A stretch of 39,116 nt of DNA. Source: Octopus bimaculoides. Taxonomy: Eukaryota. The DNA is taken from contig NC_068996.1 of the NCBI RefSeq assembly GCF_001194135.2, positions 38,042,308 through 38,081,423 of the forward strand, given 5' to 3'. Each line of letters starts with the position of its first letter. Within the stretch, counting starts at the first letter, position 1. The position numbers were made by a program, and so were the translations under genes. Shown one piece after another: positions 1-10,472 of the stretch. The notes beneath the pieces are model-generated. The model ran no database searches, had not been told where the DNA came from, and saw nothing but the letters and a program-made list of their open reading frames with translations.

Positions 1-272
1 AGAAACAATTCCTATCATAGTAGGTGCCTTAGGTATAATAAAAAAATATTCAGACAAATACATAACAAAAACACCAGGACTTACAAATATATATAACATA
101 CAGAAAATTGCACTACTGGGTACTGCACACATTCTACGCAAAACACTTTCAATACAGTAAACATAAGAGCACCACAGCAAACCACAGCACATACCCAAGG
201 CGCACAGAGCTGCGCTCGGTAGTGAAGTGAAAGTACGTTATAAAAATAAAACTACTGAATAATAATAATAAT
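1..272 (+). mobile_element. 3' end of an R4-clade (Dong-like) RLE non-LTR retrotransposon
   Basis: 2-160 translates ETIPIIVGALGIIKKYSDKYITKTPGLTNIYNIQKIALLGTAHILRKTLSIQ*, the typical R4/Dong/Rex6 C-terminus. It is followed by about 100 nt of 3'UTR and a (TAA)n tail. Truncated by the window edge. Confidence 0.85.
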
Positions 273-479
273 ATTTTCTACTATGGGTACAAGGCCTGAA
301 ATTTTGGGGGAGGGGACAAGTCAATTACACTGACCCTAGTATTTCACTGATATTTAATTTATTGACCCCAAAAGAATGAAAAGCAAAGTTGACCTTAGCA
401 GAATTTGAACTCAGAATGTAGTGACGAGTGAAATGCTGCTAAGCATTACCCCTGCCATGCTAATGATCCAGCCAGTGCA

Positions 480-480
<1 letters not shown>
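273..480 (-). mobile_element. tRNA-derived SINE (family A)
   Basis: Reverse complement carries gaaatgcttagc..., B-box gagttcaaattc and the body ctttgc(c)tttcat..., as in the plus-strand copies at 2102 and 10083. Confidence 0.75.

Positions 481-523
<43 letters not shown>
481..523. repeat. (TAA)n microsatellite (SINE tail)
   Basis: Read directly. Confidence 0.95.
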
Positions 524-730
524 CTTTTCGGAACAAGGCTTAAAATTTTGTGGAGAGGGAATAAGTCAATTACACTGAACTCAGTGCTCGACTTGTACTT
601 ATATTATCAACCCTGAGAGGATGAAAGGCAAAGTAGATTTCAACAAAACTTGAACCCAGTAAAAAGTAAAGACAGGTGAAATGCCACTAGACATTTTGCC
701 CAGTATGCTAACAATCCTGCCAGCTCACTG
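524..730 (-). mobile_element. tRNA-derived SINE (family A), degenerate
   Basis: Same motifs as 273-480, in tandem with it. Confidence 0.7.
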
Positions 731-997
731 CATTAACAGCAACAACAACAGCAACGACGACAACGACAACAACAACACAAAAATGAAACAACAATAATAA
801 TATCTATAAGTACATAGATATACAACTGAATGACAGGCGTGCAGAAAAGGGAGAGAGAGAGGGTAGATTAAAAAAGAAAATACCTCAATAAGTACATCTT
901 TAAGAAGAGATAATCATTATCAAGTAGAAACAATAATTAAATACATACAAAGACATCCATATAAATAAAAGGGTATTAAAAATATATGATTGTACTT

Positions 998-1313
998 GTG
1001 CCGGTGGCACGTTAGAAAATCATTCGAGCGAGGTTGTTGCTAGTGCTGCTGGACTGGCTCCCGTGCAGTGGCACGTAAAAAACACCTTTTTGAGCATGGC
1101 CATTGCCAGTACCACCTGACTGGCCCTCGTGCCGGTGGCACGCAAAAGCACCCACTACACTCTCGGAGTGGTTGGCGTTAGGAAGGGCATCCAGCTGCAG
1201 AAACTTTGCCAGATTAGATTGGATCCTGGTGCAGCCTTCTGGCTTGCCAGTCCTCAGTCAAATTGTCCAACCCATGCTAGCATGGAAAGCGGACGTTAAA
1301 CGATGATGATGAT
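998..1313 (+). mobile_element. RTE LINE 3'UTR and (GAT)n tail
   Basis: Matches the 3' end of the RT-bearing copy at 21143-22305 (gttaggaagggcatccagctg ... catggaaagcggacgttaaacgatgatgat). Confidence 0.85.
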
Positions 1314-1697
1314 AATGAAATAGGAGGAGGTTCAAGGTCAGTTCATATGTTTTCAACCATTGTAATAGTTTGGAATCATGAGACAGCATCTCAAACATAT
1401 AAGTCTAAAATTTGGTGTAAAATGCTTGACTACTGCAGAACAATAATAACTGACTAGATTTGATAAAGAAATAACATACTTATGCAGTCGACCAGCTAGA
1501 ATGCTAGGATATGGGCAAACAAAGATGAGTAATATCATTGGGATGAGTAATATCATCAGGACTTGAACCTATGTCTTAAAGCCTATATATATTGTTTGTA
1601 TATTTGTTTGTTTGTTCGCTTGTTTGTTTATTTGTTTTTTGTTTCTTTATTTCTTTCTTTCTTAGTATGTATGTGTGTGTGTATATATATATATATA

Positions 1698-1729
<32 letters not shown>

Positions 1730-1752
1730 GATAACACACACATATATATATA

Positions 1753-2852
1753 TAGGATGTGGTGAATAAATTGTTGTCTAAATTACACAGAGATGAAAAT
1801 AACACTGACATCTCATTTTAACAGTTACATTTACCAAAATTACATAAAAATATCTTGAAATACTAAAGAGTAAATTTATTCACTAAAATCACCATTGACT
1901 TCAACCACAGCCTCCAAGCAACTTCAGAATCTCTTGCAACTCTTTTGGACGGTCTCCTTGTTTAAGTTGGTGAATGCTGCCATAATTCTTGCCTTCAGTT
2001 CATCTTTGGTGTTACAAGGAGTTTTGATGGTCTCTCGCTCAACTGTGTCCCACACATAATAATTAAGGGGACGGCAGTCTGGGGAGTCAGGTGGCCAGAT
2101 GATAAGGCGGCGAGCAGGCAGAAACATTAGCGCACCGGGCAAAATGCTTAGCGGTATTTCATCTGCCACTACGTTCTGAATTCAAATTCCGCCGAGGTCG
2201 ACTTTGCCTTTCATCCTTTCAGGGTCGATTAAATAAGTACCAGTTATGCACTGGGATCGATGTAATCAACTTAATCCCTTTGTTTGTCCTCTCTGTGTTT
2301 AGCCCCTTGTGGGCAATAAAGAAATAAGATGTTAGGGGTGATGTGGTTACGGAAATTGTCTGACAGCCATGACTGGGTTCTCCTGCTTGTGTAGCATGGT
2401 GCAGACTCCTGTTGTCAGACATAGGATCTCCCAGCAGCTACCTTCTTGACCCAGGGCAGCGCTACTTCCTCCAGGCACTTGATGTGGGCCTCCATGTTGA
2501 GTGAGGCTGTGTGGGAAGACGAATGGAGGCATAACTTTGCCATCATTAGTGATCACTCCAAACACCATAATGTTGACTGGGTGCTTGGTTTTTATCACTC
2601 TTGGTACATGTCCTCAGATTGCACTGTTCTCATATTGACACCCAAACACTCTGAAATGTTCATACTGGAGCTTTCAGCGCAAATGTCGTTTCCAAATTTC
2701 TGGCAGAGTGAACTGCATTATGGTGCTGTTTTTCTCACAGATGGTGCCCAACTGACCCTACTATACTGTGTAGTCAGCAAAATCAAAACCAAGCAATACG
2801 CATGTGCAAAACTAAAAATATAAACTGGTGACAATTTACCCATCACACCCTG
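1753..2852 (-). mobile_element. Tc1/mariner maT-type (DD37D) transposon, internally deleted, transposase pseudogene
   Basis: Imperfect TIRs (19/24 identity counting the flanking TA; CAGGGTGTG-type) with TA on both sides. After removing the SINE the minus strand reads KHPVNIMVFGVITNDG...V*QQESAPCYTSRRTQSWLSDNFRNHITPNIWPPDSPDCRPLNYYVW. There are 37 residues between the two catalytic positions, now E and N. Confidence 0.85.
2102..2326 (+). mobile_element. tRNA-derived SINE (family A) inserted in the transposase
   Basis: A-box-like ggcagaaacattag and B-box gaattcaaattcc. Flanked by a direct repeat AGATG (2097-2101 and 2327-2331). Confidence 0.85.
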
Positions 2853-3639
2853 TACACACGCACACGCACACACACACACGCACGCACATAATAATATACA
2901 AATACACAGCTTGAAACATAGTTCAAGCTTTACAGACAAAGCAAAAAGTAATTCTCCTTCACTCAACAAAACAGAACTTGTAAAGAATTCTATTTCTATT
3001 TTTTATTAAAATCTTCATATTTAATACCTAACGTAACTTACTGTTTGAAATCCATTGAACTTTCTATCATGTATTATTGTTATGAAATTTATTGAGCATT
3101 TGAATATTCCTCATTTTCTGTTGCCATGAAATTTGAAACTTGAATACTTGAATTTTTATTCTCTTTAACTCTTTAACTAGTTTCAGCTTGAAAGTTGCAG
3201 TCATGCCAGGGCACCACCATTGTAGAATTTTAATTCAGAATGTAAAGAACGAAATGCTGCTTAGCATTTTGCCTGGCATGCTAATGATTCTGCCAGCATG
3301 CCATGTAATTTCACTACAAAACTTATTGAACGTTTCATTTTTTTAAGCAAGCTTTATCAATATGAAAATTTCTCCGGTACATTCTCTTTCTTTAAAACTT
3401 TTATCTTGTTTTGCATTTACCATTGGAAAATCAAAGATTTGTTGAAACCAGAAAGTTACCTTAATAAATTTTTAAAAATTAAAAACTACAATTTGTTTTA
3501 AGAACCAGATGCATTTTCAACCCCCCAACCAAGTCTATATATTATTAAAAAATACAAGAATTCTATGTAAACTACTTCAAGTTCCATGCATGGAAAGTAC
3601 TATATTCAGATGCATTTATATAAGATATACCATATACAA

Positions 3640-3790
3640 TCTGGCAATTATTCAGACTGTTAGTGGTTGGTGTATCTCTTTTTGATGTCCTTTTCGCAGT
3701 CTGATATATTCTTTCCTTTCAATCCCATATTTGGTGAAATAGAAGTAACCATGCATATATAATGTTTTATCTTGGCAATAAGTATCATCT
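3640..3790 (-). mobile_element. Penelope-like GIY-YIG fragment
   Basis: Minus strand reads ...TSISPNMG...DCEKDIKKRYTNH, similar to the neighbouring fragment at 4090-4330. Confidence 0.5.
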
Positions 3791-3794
3791 AGAG

Positions 3795-4032
3795 CAGTGT
3801 TTTTCAACCTTTTGACTCCTATTTTATTCTAATGAATCCTCCTAGCCATCTGATATTTAAAAAATCATATTATATTTTTATAATTAAATATTGTTAGGAA
3901 TTGTATTAAAAAATTGTTAAAATATTTTGTGTATTATAGAAGTATAACAATTTATTGCAGATAAATTCTAACAAAACCTTATATAGACCCCCCCCCCCCA
4001 AGGGTGATATGGACTTCAGTTGAGAACCAATG
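3795..4032. mobile_element. hAT-superfamily (Charlie-like) MITE
   Basis: CAGTG-type TIRs (cagtgtttttcaac / gttgagaaccaatg, 11/14). 8-bp TSD ATCTAGAG (3787-3794) vs ATCCAGAG (4033-4040). Confidence 0.75.
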
Positions 4033-4089
4033 ATCCAGAGAATGTCAAAATCTATAACTATCATTGTTGGTTGAATGGGAGAAGGGCTA

Positions 4090-4330
4090 ATGCATGTTTA
4101 ATTGTAGTGGGCAGTGTACGACTGTCCTTCAGCTTCCTGATATGACTTGCAATCTCTGTGGTTGATGCATCTCTTTTTGAAGTCACTTTCACACAGTCCA
4201 ATACATTTTGTTTCTTTCAATTCCCATATATCTGGTGGTATGGACATGACCTTGGTTTTGAAAACAACTGAGCTAACCATGCATGCCTGATCTAGAATCT
4301 GGATTGCTGTAGTTACAGTCTGAATGGAAA
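4090..4330 (-). mobile_element. Penelope-like element, linker plus GIY-YIG endonuclease fragment
   Basis: CN(Y)SNP...LDQACMVSSVVFKTKV...KCIGLCESDFKKRCINH...IRKLKDS, a degenerate VVY/YIG GIY-YIG of C-terminal-EN Penelope-like elements. Confidence 0.7.
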
Positions 4331-4369
4331 TCTTGGTTAGAATACATGAAATAATGCTTTTCATATAAG

Positions 4370-4620
4370 GGCTCTTTCAGGGAACCTACATGTTGTCACT
4401 TCTACCAAATCTTATTTCCATGCAAATGATACCACTCTTCATTCCTACTTAACCTTCTGCTCTGCATTATCCTCATGTAACCTATACACATCACATCAAA
4501 CTTGCATTGCTTCCATGAACAACAACCTCATAAACATTTGTCAATGGACATATCACAGTCAAGTCTCTTTTATAGTTGTTAAAACACAATTACAGTACAT
4601 ATCAAAGAAAGTAATCTTGT
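4370..4620 (+). mobile_element. CR1/Jockey-group LINE RT fragment
   Basis: YFHANDTTLHS (degenerate YADDT motif) and IASMNNNLINICQW...QVSFIVVKTQL. Confidence 0.55.
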
Positions 4621-4781
4621 CTTACATGCTTTGTAGTCTTGGACAACATATAACTAAAAGTCTTTACATCACTACAAGTGCTATGTACCACAATGATCAA
4701 TTATCTTTCCTGATAATTATATATAATTATATGTAATTATATATATCATAAATTCAAAAATTGCAGAAAGATTTGTCAGTG

Positions 4782-4852
4782 GGCAGTTTAGCTTAATGGT
4801 AAAGCACTTGACCAGTAATCAGAGAGATGTGAATTCGAGTCTCATGGCTGGC
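4782..4852 (+). tRNA. tRNA-Thr(AGT)-like sequence, probably a pseudogene, embedded in an inverted repeat
   Basis: Cloverleaf: acceptor GGCAGTT/GGCTGGC (one mismatch), D-arm GCTT-AATGGTA-AAGC, anticodon arm CTTGA-CCAGTAA-TCAGA, T-arm GTGAA-TTCGAGT-CTCAT. C at position 33 and stem mismatches suggest it is not functional in translation. Confidence 0.6.
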
Positions 4853-4966
4853 CACTGACAAATTTTTCTGCAATGTAAGGATTATCTACCCTATACATGC
4901 TGTTCAGCATTATTCTGTGTTCAAGAATAAATTATTTCCATATTTGTATGTATACATACATATACA

Positions 4967-5181
4967 TCATCATCATCATCATCATCGTTTAACGTCCGCT
5001 TTCCATGCTAGCATGGGTTNNNNNNNNNNCCCACTACACTCTCGGATTGGTTGGCGTTAGGAAGGGCATCCAGCTGTAGAAACTCTGCCAGATCAGATTG
5101 GAGCCTGGTGTTGCCATCTGGTTTCACCAGTCCAAAGTCAAATTGTCCATCCCATGCTACCATGGAAAGCGGACGTTAAAA

Positions 5182-5216
<35 letters not shown>
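4967..5216. mobile_element. Two RTE 3' ends in opposite orientation separated by a 10-N gap (5020-5029)
   Basis: Minus-strand tail catcatc-gtttaacgtccgctttcc before the gap; plus-strand ...ggacgttaaaagatgatgat after it. Confidence 0.8.
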
Positions 5217-5246
<30 letters not shown>

Positions 5247-6099
5247 CTCATATTTTGAGTTCTATATAACAACATCCCAAAGAAGAGTCTTTCCCTTCAT
5301 TTCCAAAAAATACTTCAGCTCTGATTAGCCATTAACATTTTATAAAAGCTCAAATATAAACCACAATGGCCTACTGCTACTGCTACACAAACATCCTAGG
5401 TAGCAGCCATTCAGAAAGCCACCAAATTGATTAGCATAGGCTCAGTCACCATTGCACTACAATTACCCACCCTCAGACATATTGTCACTTCTCTCTATCT
5501 CTTCTTCTAATACTACAAACAACCTCTAATCCTCAGAGTAGCTAGTTACATACCACCTCCTCCTAAATTTACTCCAAACGTCCGTTATTCATCTTGACCC
5601 CTCATCTTTTTAGCTCACCCATGCTACAAAGTTCCCAGTTTCATCCTTCTGTACAGCACTTTGAGTAAGTTTCTTTTACCAAAGCCTTGAGTTGACTACT
5701 GCTTAAAAATCTGTGAGTGAAATTTTGTGTACAAAAACTGTGTAGAAGTCTGACAGAGTAGTTACTCTGTTCTTGTTTATTGGTGACCAGCTTAATCCTA
5801 CTTAATTATCACAACCATCTGTCCCTTGTGTGTCCTTAGAATATTCCACTGTGTTCATCATAAATAATATAACATGGAAGGTAAGAAGCATTGACAGGTT
5901 TAAAGTTCATATTCATACCATGTTTCTATGTCATTACCTGATCAGCTTGTCACTGATATATTAGAGACTACAATTAGCAAACAGTGCATACTGAGTCAGT
6001 TAGATCTTTATTATATGGAGAGCATGGCCAAGTGAATGCAAATAATACAATGTAACAGGCAACTTAACAGAAAGTGAATGGTTTGATAGCTTAAAAACT

Positions 6100-6375
6100 G
6101 AGAGGGTGGTGGAGTGGAAGTGAGAGGAGGGGTGAGGAGTAGAGGGGAGAGAGGTGAAGGAGAGAGAGGTGAAGGAAAGAGAGGTGGAGAGAGGTTGGAA
6201 GAGATGGGTGGGGGAGAGGTGGGAGAGAGGTGGATGGGAGAGAGGGGTGGGAGAGAGATGTGAGGGAGAAAAGGTGGGGGTGGGGAGAGTCGGGAAAAGA
6301 GAGGGGGAGAGAGGGGGTAAGGAGAGAAAGGTGGGGTAGAGAGAGAGTAGGTGAGAGAGGGATGGAGAGAGAGAG
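6100..6375 (+). repeat. Polypurine (GA/GGA/GGG) low-complexity tract
   Basis: About 275 nt almost entirely G/A on the plus strand. Confidence 0.9.
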
Positions 6376-6673
6376 AAATTAGGTTGGAACCGTTTGAAAC
6401 AAAAACTCTGATTCAAATTTCTTGAACAGATGACAAGCTCAACAATGTAAGGAAATGAAAAAGAAGAAGAAGTCTCCAAAATGACTAAGAGCATGCAATT
6501 AAGAAAGTTGTGGTAGGTGCAGAAATAATTATCCAATGAGTGACAGTCATTTAAGGAGCTATGAAAAGAGCCTTAACATATTTCCTTAATAACCAAAATA
6601 GAAATATCAAACTGCATATCTTTAAATGGACAAGTTGGTGACAGTAACATGTTTAATTGCTTTGATCATGTTT

Positions 6674-7085
6674 CATCATCATCATCATCATCATGATTGT
6701 CATCATCGTTATCAACATTTAACGTCCGTTTCCCATGCTGGCATGGGTTGGATAGCTTGAGAGGAACAACCAAGGCCAGGATCCACAACAGGTTCCATAG
6801 TCTGTTTTGACTTGCTTTCTACAGCTGGATGTCTTTCCTAATGCCAACTACTTTAAAGCCACTTTTTACATGGCACCTTCACCAATGCTCTTTATGCGAC
6901 ACCAGTGCTTTTTACATGGCATCAGCACCCACACCAATGCTTTTTTACATGACACCTTGGTTTTAGAATCGCAATTCTGTTGTGGTAGGCAAGTCTTCTT
7001 GAGTACAGCAATGAATCACATATCTTGGACCTCTGTCATTTCCTTCATAAGGCTCAGCATTTTGAGAAAAAAGGGTTTACTCCCA
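6674..7085 (-). mobile_element. Older RTE LINE 3' fragment
   Basis: Degenerate tail and UTR, plus C-terminal MLSLMKEMTEVQDM*FIAVLKKT resembling the end of the RTE ORF. Confidence 0.6.
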
Positions 7086-7091
7086 TAAATA

Positions 7092-7578
7092 TCATCGTCA
7101 TCATTTGACGTCCACTTTCCATGCTAGCATGGGTTGGATGATTTGACTAAGGACTGGCGAACCAGATGGCTACACCAGGCTCCAATCTGATCTGGCAGAG
7201 TTTCTACAGCTGGATGCCCTTCCTAACGCCAACCACTCCGAGAGTGTAGTGGGTGCTTCTATGTGCCACCAGCACGAAGGCCAGTCAGGTGGTACTGGCA
7301 ACAGCCACGCTCAAAATGGTATATTTTACGTGCCACCTGCACAGAATCCAGTCCAGCAGCACTGGCAATGACCTCGCTCAAATGTCTTTTCACGTGCCAC
7401 CGGCACAAATGCCAGGAAGGCAACGCTGGTAACGATCAGGCTCAAATGGTGCTATTTACGTGCCACTGGCACGGAAGCCAGAGAGCTGCTCTGACAACGA
7501 TCACGCTTGGACGGTGCTCTTAGCGCTCCACTGGTACAGGTGCCATCACGATTTCACTTTCACAACAGGTCTTTGCAA
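7092..7578 (-). mobile_element. RTE LINE 3'UTR including the tandem subrepeat array
   Basis: Reverse complement of about 21830-22305. Confidence 0.85.
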
Positions 7579-7818
7579 CGAAATATATATAATGCATAAC
7601 ACTGGAAAGGACTCAGTCAGTTTACTAATTTGTAAAGCAAAGAGAAGAGTAGCAGAGGCTCTGTGGTAGTAAGTAACATGTGGCACAACCATCCATTCAC
7701 ACTCTGACCATGTCTTTCAGACATGCAACAATGCATTTGTGTCCGTTTATTATTTGTCAGCCAATCCTGGATACAATAAATGTCATGATCATCATCTTTA
7801 TACATGGACAAAGTAAAG

Positions 7819-8090
7819 GTACATGGCTTAGCGGTTAGGGTATTCAGCACACGATCGTAAAGTTGTGAGTTCAATTTCCATTGGTCCTTGGGCAAGACAA
7901 TTTCTTTCACATTGCTCCAGTCCTCTCACCTAGCAAAATTGATTGTGCCTATAATTCAAAGGGCTAGCCTTGTAACACTCTGTGTCATGCTGAATCTCCC
8001 TCAGAACTATGTTAAGGGTATTGTGTCTGTGGAGTGTTCAGCCACTTGCACATTAATTTCACAAGCAAGCTATTTTATTGATTGGATCAA
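7819..8090 (+). mobile_element. tRNA-derived SINE (family C)
   Basis: A-box tggcttagcggttag and B-box gagttcaatt, followed by ccttgggcaagac. Confidence 0.6.
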
Positions 8091-8292
8091 CTGGAACACT
8101 CATTGTCATCACTGTTGGAGTGCCAGCGTATGGACAAAACCATAAAAGTAACACTGATCTAATATAATAATAAAACTGAAGTTCATGTAAAATGTTAACC
8201 AAAGTAGTCTTTAAGTAAATAGAAAAGTGAAGACTTTTGAATAATAGTTTCACAGTTCATGGCCTACAATCATTCTCAAAATAACGTTTTAA

Positions 8293-8497
8293 CCCTTTAG
8301 CATTTAAACCTGCCACACCTGGCCAATATATACAAAACTGACTAGATCCAGCCCTTCATACCAACCTTCCAATGTCATACTAAAAATAAACAATCACATC
8401 ATTGTAATCTTGAAGCTACGAGATAATGCATGATTAAATCAAAATGATGTGAATAAATAAGCATTACATTTGACAGAGAAATCTTAATACTAAAGGG
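8293..8497. mobile_element. piggyBac-type MITE
   Basis: TTAA|CCCTTTAGCATT ... AATACTAAAGGG|TTAT; TIR 11/12 with a TTAA-like target site. Confidence 0.7.
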
Positions 8498-8626
8498 TTA
8501 TACACCCACACACATGCGTGCATGCACACACATAATACATATATATATCCATTTTCCATTTAAATCAGCCAATCCAGCCCATATATTCAAAGCAGCAGAA
8601 TTAATACAATACAAGATTCTACTTAC

Positions 8627-8753
8627 TGCCTGACCATTTCTCATCTTTTCTAAGTAACACAAAAACTGTCTGTGGAGGTAATCTTTTAAAATAGGAACTA
8701 TCTACAAGTGTACCATCATCTTCCAGAACCACTCTGACTTCATTGGCATCCAT
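8627..8753 (-). CDS. DFFB: Coding exon 2 of a CIDE-N domain gene, most like DNA fragmentation factor beta (CAD/DFF40)
   Basis: 127-nt exon with a strong acceptor (ttttttttttctttcttaaaactgtattttag|) and donor (|gtaagt). It translates stop-free as MDANEVRVVLEDDGTLVDSSYFKRLPPQTVFVLLRKDEKWSG plus 1 nt, the CIDE-N C-terminal half. DGT-x5-YF spacing and the terminal W-x-G match DFF40 rather than DFF45/CIDE (x6). CIDE-N is near certain; the DFFB symbol is inferred. Confidence 0.75.
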
Positions 8754-9281
8754 CTAAAATACAGTTTTAAGAAAGAAAAAAAAAACAGTCATCAATTATT
8801 CACTCACATGATTTGCATTGTAAGGGTATTCAAGTTTTGAGAGACAGTTTTATCAAGGTAATGAATATTATTTATAAAATTAAAGCATCAGATACTTCAT
8901 CAAAGCTATTTAAAAGACTTTCATAATACTCTTACCACAATTATATGCGAACAAATGTTTTTTGGGGGGGGGTATTTTCTACTCAATCATTACAGAACTT
9001 AGAAAATTTCCAACAGGATGTCAAGAGTTGAACAACAACAACATACATTTTCTCACATACATGCACATTGTAAATGAAATAAAAAGAAATTATTCATGTA
9101 TATATATACATTAAATATATAAAATTTGCTAATTTTCTAATATTGATTTTATTTATTATATCTAATATATAGTCTAAGTACAATTATGGCAACAATTTCT
9201 TAACTATTATTTCTATAGGTCATACTATCTAATTTGAATATATATTTTTAGGCTTATTAAGTGTTTTGTCATGGCTATAGG

Positions 9282-9440
9282 CAGAAGCATGGCAATGTAG
9301 GAGGAAACTTGCTTCTTAACTATGCAGTTTTGGGTTCAGTCTCACAACTCAGCATCTTAGGTAAGTGTCTCTCACTACAATTGTCTTAAGCCAACCAAAA
9401 ATTTGTGAATGGATTTGATAGATGGAAACTGAAAGATGAT

Positions 9441-9483
<43 letters not shown>

Positions 9484-9720
9484 NNNNNNNNNNNNNNNNN
9501 NNNNNNNNNNNNNNNNNNNNNNNNNNNATATATATATATATATATATGTCTGCTGCCACAACTTGACAACTAGTGATGGTTTATTTACACCCCTGTAACT
9601 TAACAGTTCGACATAAGAGACCAACAGAGTAAGTACTGGGAGCAATTTATTTGACTGCACCCTTCAAGACAGTGCCTCACCATGGCTGCAGTCCAAAGAC
9701 TAAAACAAGTAAAAGATAAG
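9282..9720 (+). mobile_element. SINE (family B) with internal (TG)n and a 44-N gap (9484-9527)
   Basis: Head ...gggttcagtc, ggaaactgaaaga, then (TG)n, and 3' end catggctgcagtc...aaacaagtaaaag. Mirrored by the minus-strand copy at 12815-13314. Confidence 0.7.
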
Positions 9721-10082
9721 TAATACTAAAAGCAATGCTAAACTGTACATTAAATACTAATTATTTCTCACATATTCTGACCCAATCAACAGCATGAAAT
9801 GATCAGCAATAGAGAAAGCACTCAGTCATAAAAATCCTAAACCAGTCATGCCCCAGCTCCAAAAGAAAACAATGTTTATTACAACAAAGTAAGTGGTGAA
9901 GTATAATCTCAAGATTCTGGTCCTTGTTAAAGAGAATTCAAATGACTATGACAAGTGTGAGATGCTGAACATAGAAAAAAACAGACTGATGATGATGAAG
10001 GCAGCCATGGTAATGATGATGACAAGGATGATGATAATATTGGGGAAAGCGAAATCGTGAAGGCACCTGTGCCCAGCGTCGC

Positions 10083-10288
10083 CGGGCGAAATGCTTAGCG
10101 GTATTTCGTCTGCCATTACGTTCTGAGTTCAAATTCCACTGAAGTCAACTTTGCCTTTCATCCTTCCGGGGTCGATAAACTAAGTACCAGTTACGTACTG
10201 GGGTTCAATGTAATCGACTTAATCTGTTTGTCTGTCCTTGTTTGTTCCCTCTATGTTTAGCCCCTTGTGGGCAATAAAGAAATAAGAA
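10083..10288 (+). mobile_element. tRNA-derived SINE (family A), 5'-fused to an RTE UTR fragment
   Basis: Near-identical to 2102-2326 from gggcgaaatgcttagc onward. Confidence 0.85.
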
Positions 10289-10472
10289 CCTAGGACACAG
10301 AACTTTCCAATGCTTTTAAATTTATATACCAAGAAAGCCTCGTGTTTAACAATGGTAATTGTCCCATAGAACTAAAGAAACAAAACCAAAATACTGCAGT
10401 AATATAGAAACAAAATAAATGTCAGTCAAAAAATAACTAGTAACTGCACAAAATTTTAATTTTGCAATATAT

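Noticed and set aside
3042-3150. Minus-strand donor (aca|gtaagt at 3041) as exon 3 of the DFFB-like gene
   Set aside because: No good acceptor, stops in the phase-compatible frame and no DFF40 similarity.
6000-6536. 178-aa Ser/Pro/Leu-rich ORF and its antisense partner
   Set aside because: Translation of the polypurine low-complexity tract.
7250-7560. CRISPR-like repeat-spacer array
   Set aside because: The units are diverged tandem subrepeats of a LINE 3'UTR present in several copies. There are no unique spacers or cas genes, and the context is eukaryotic.
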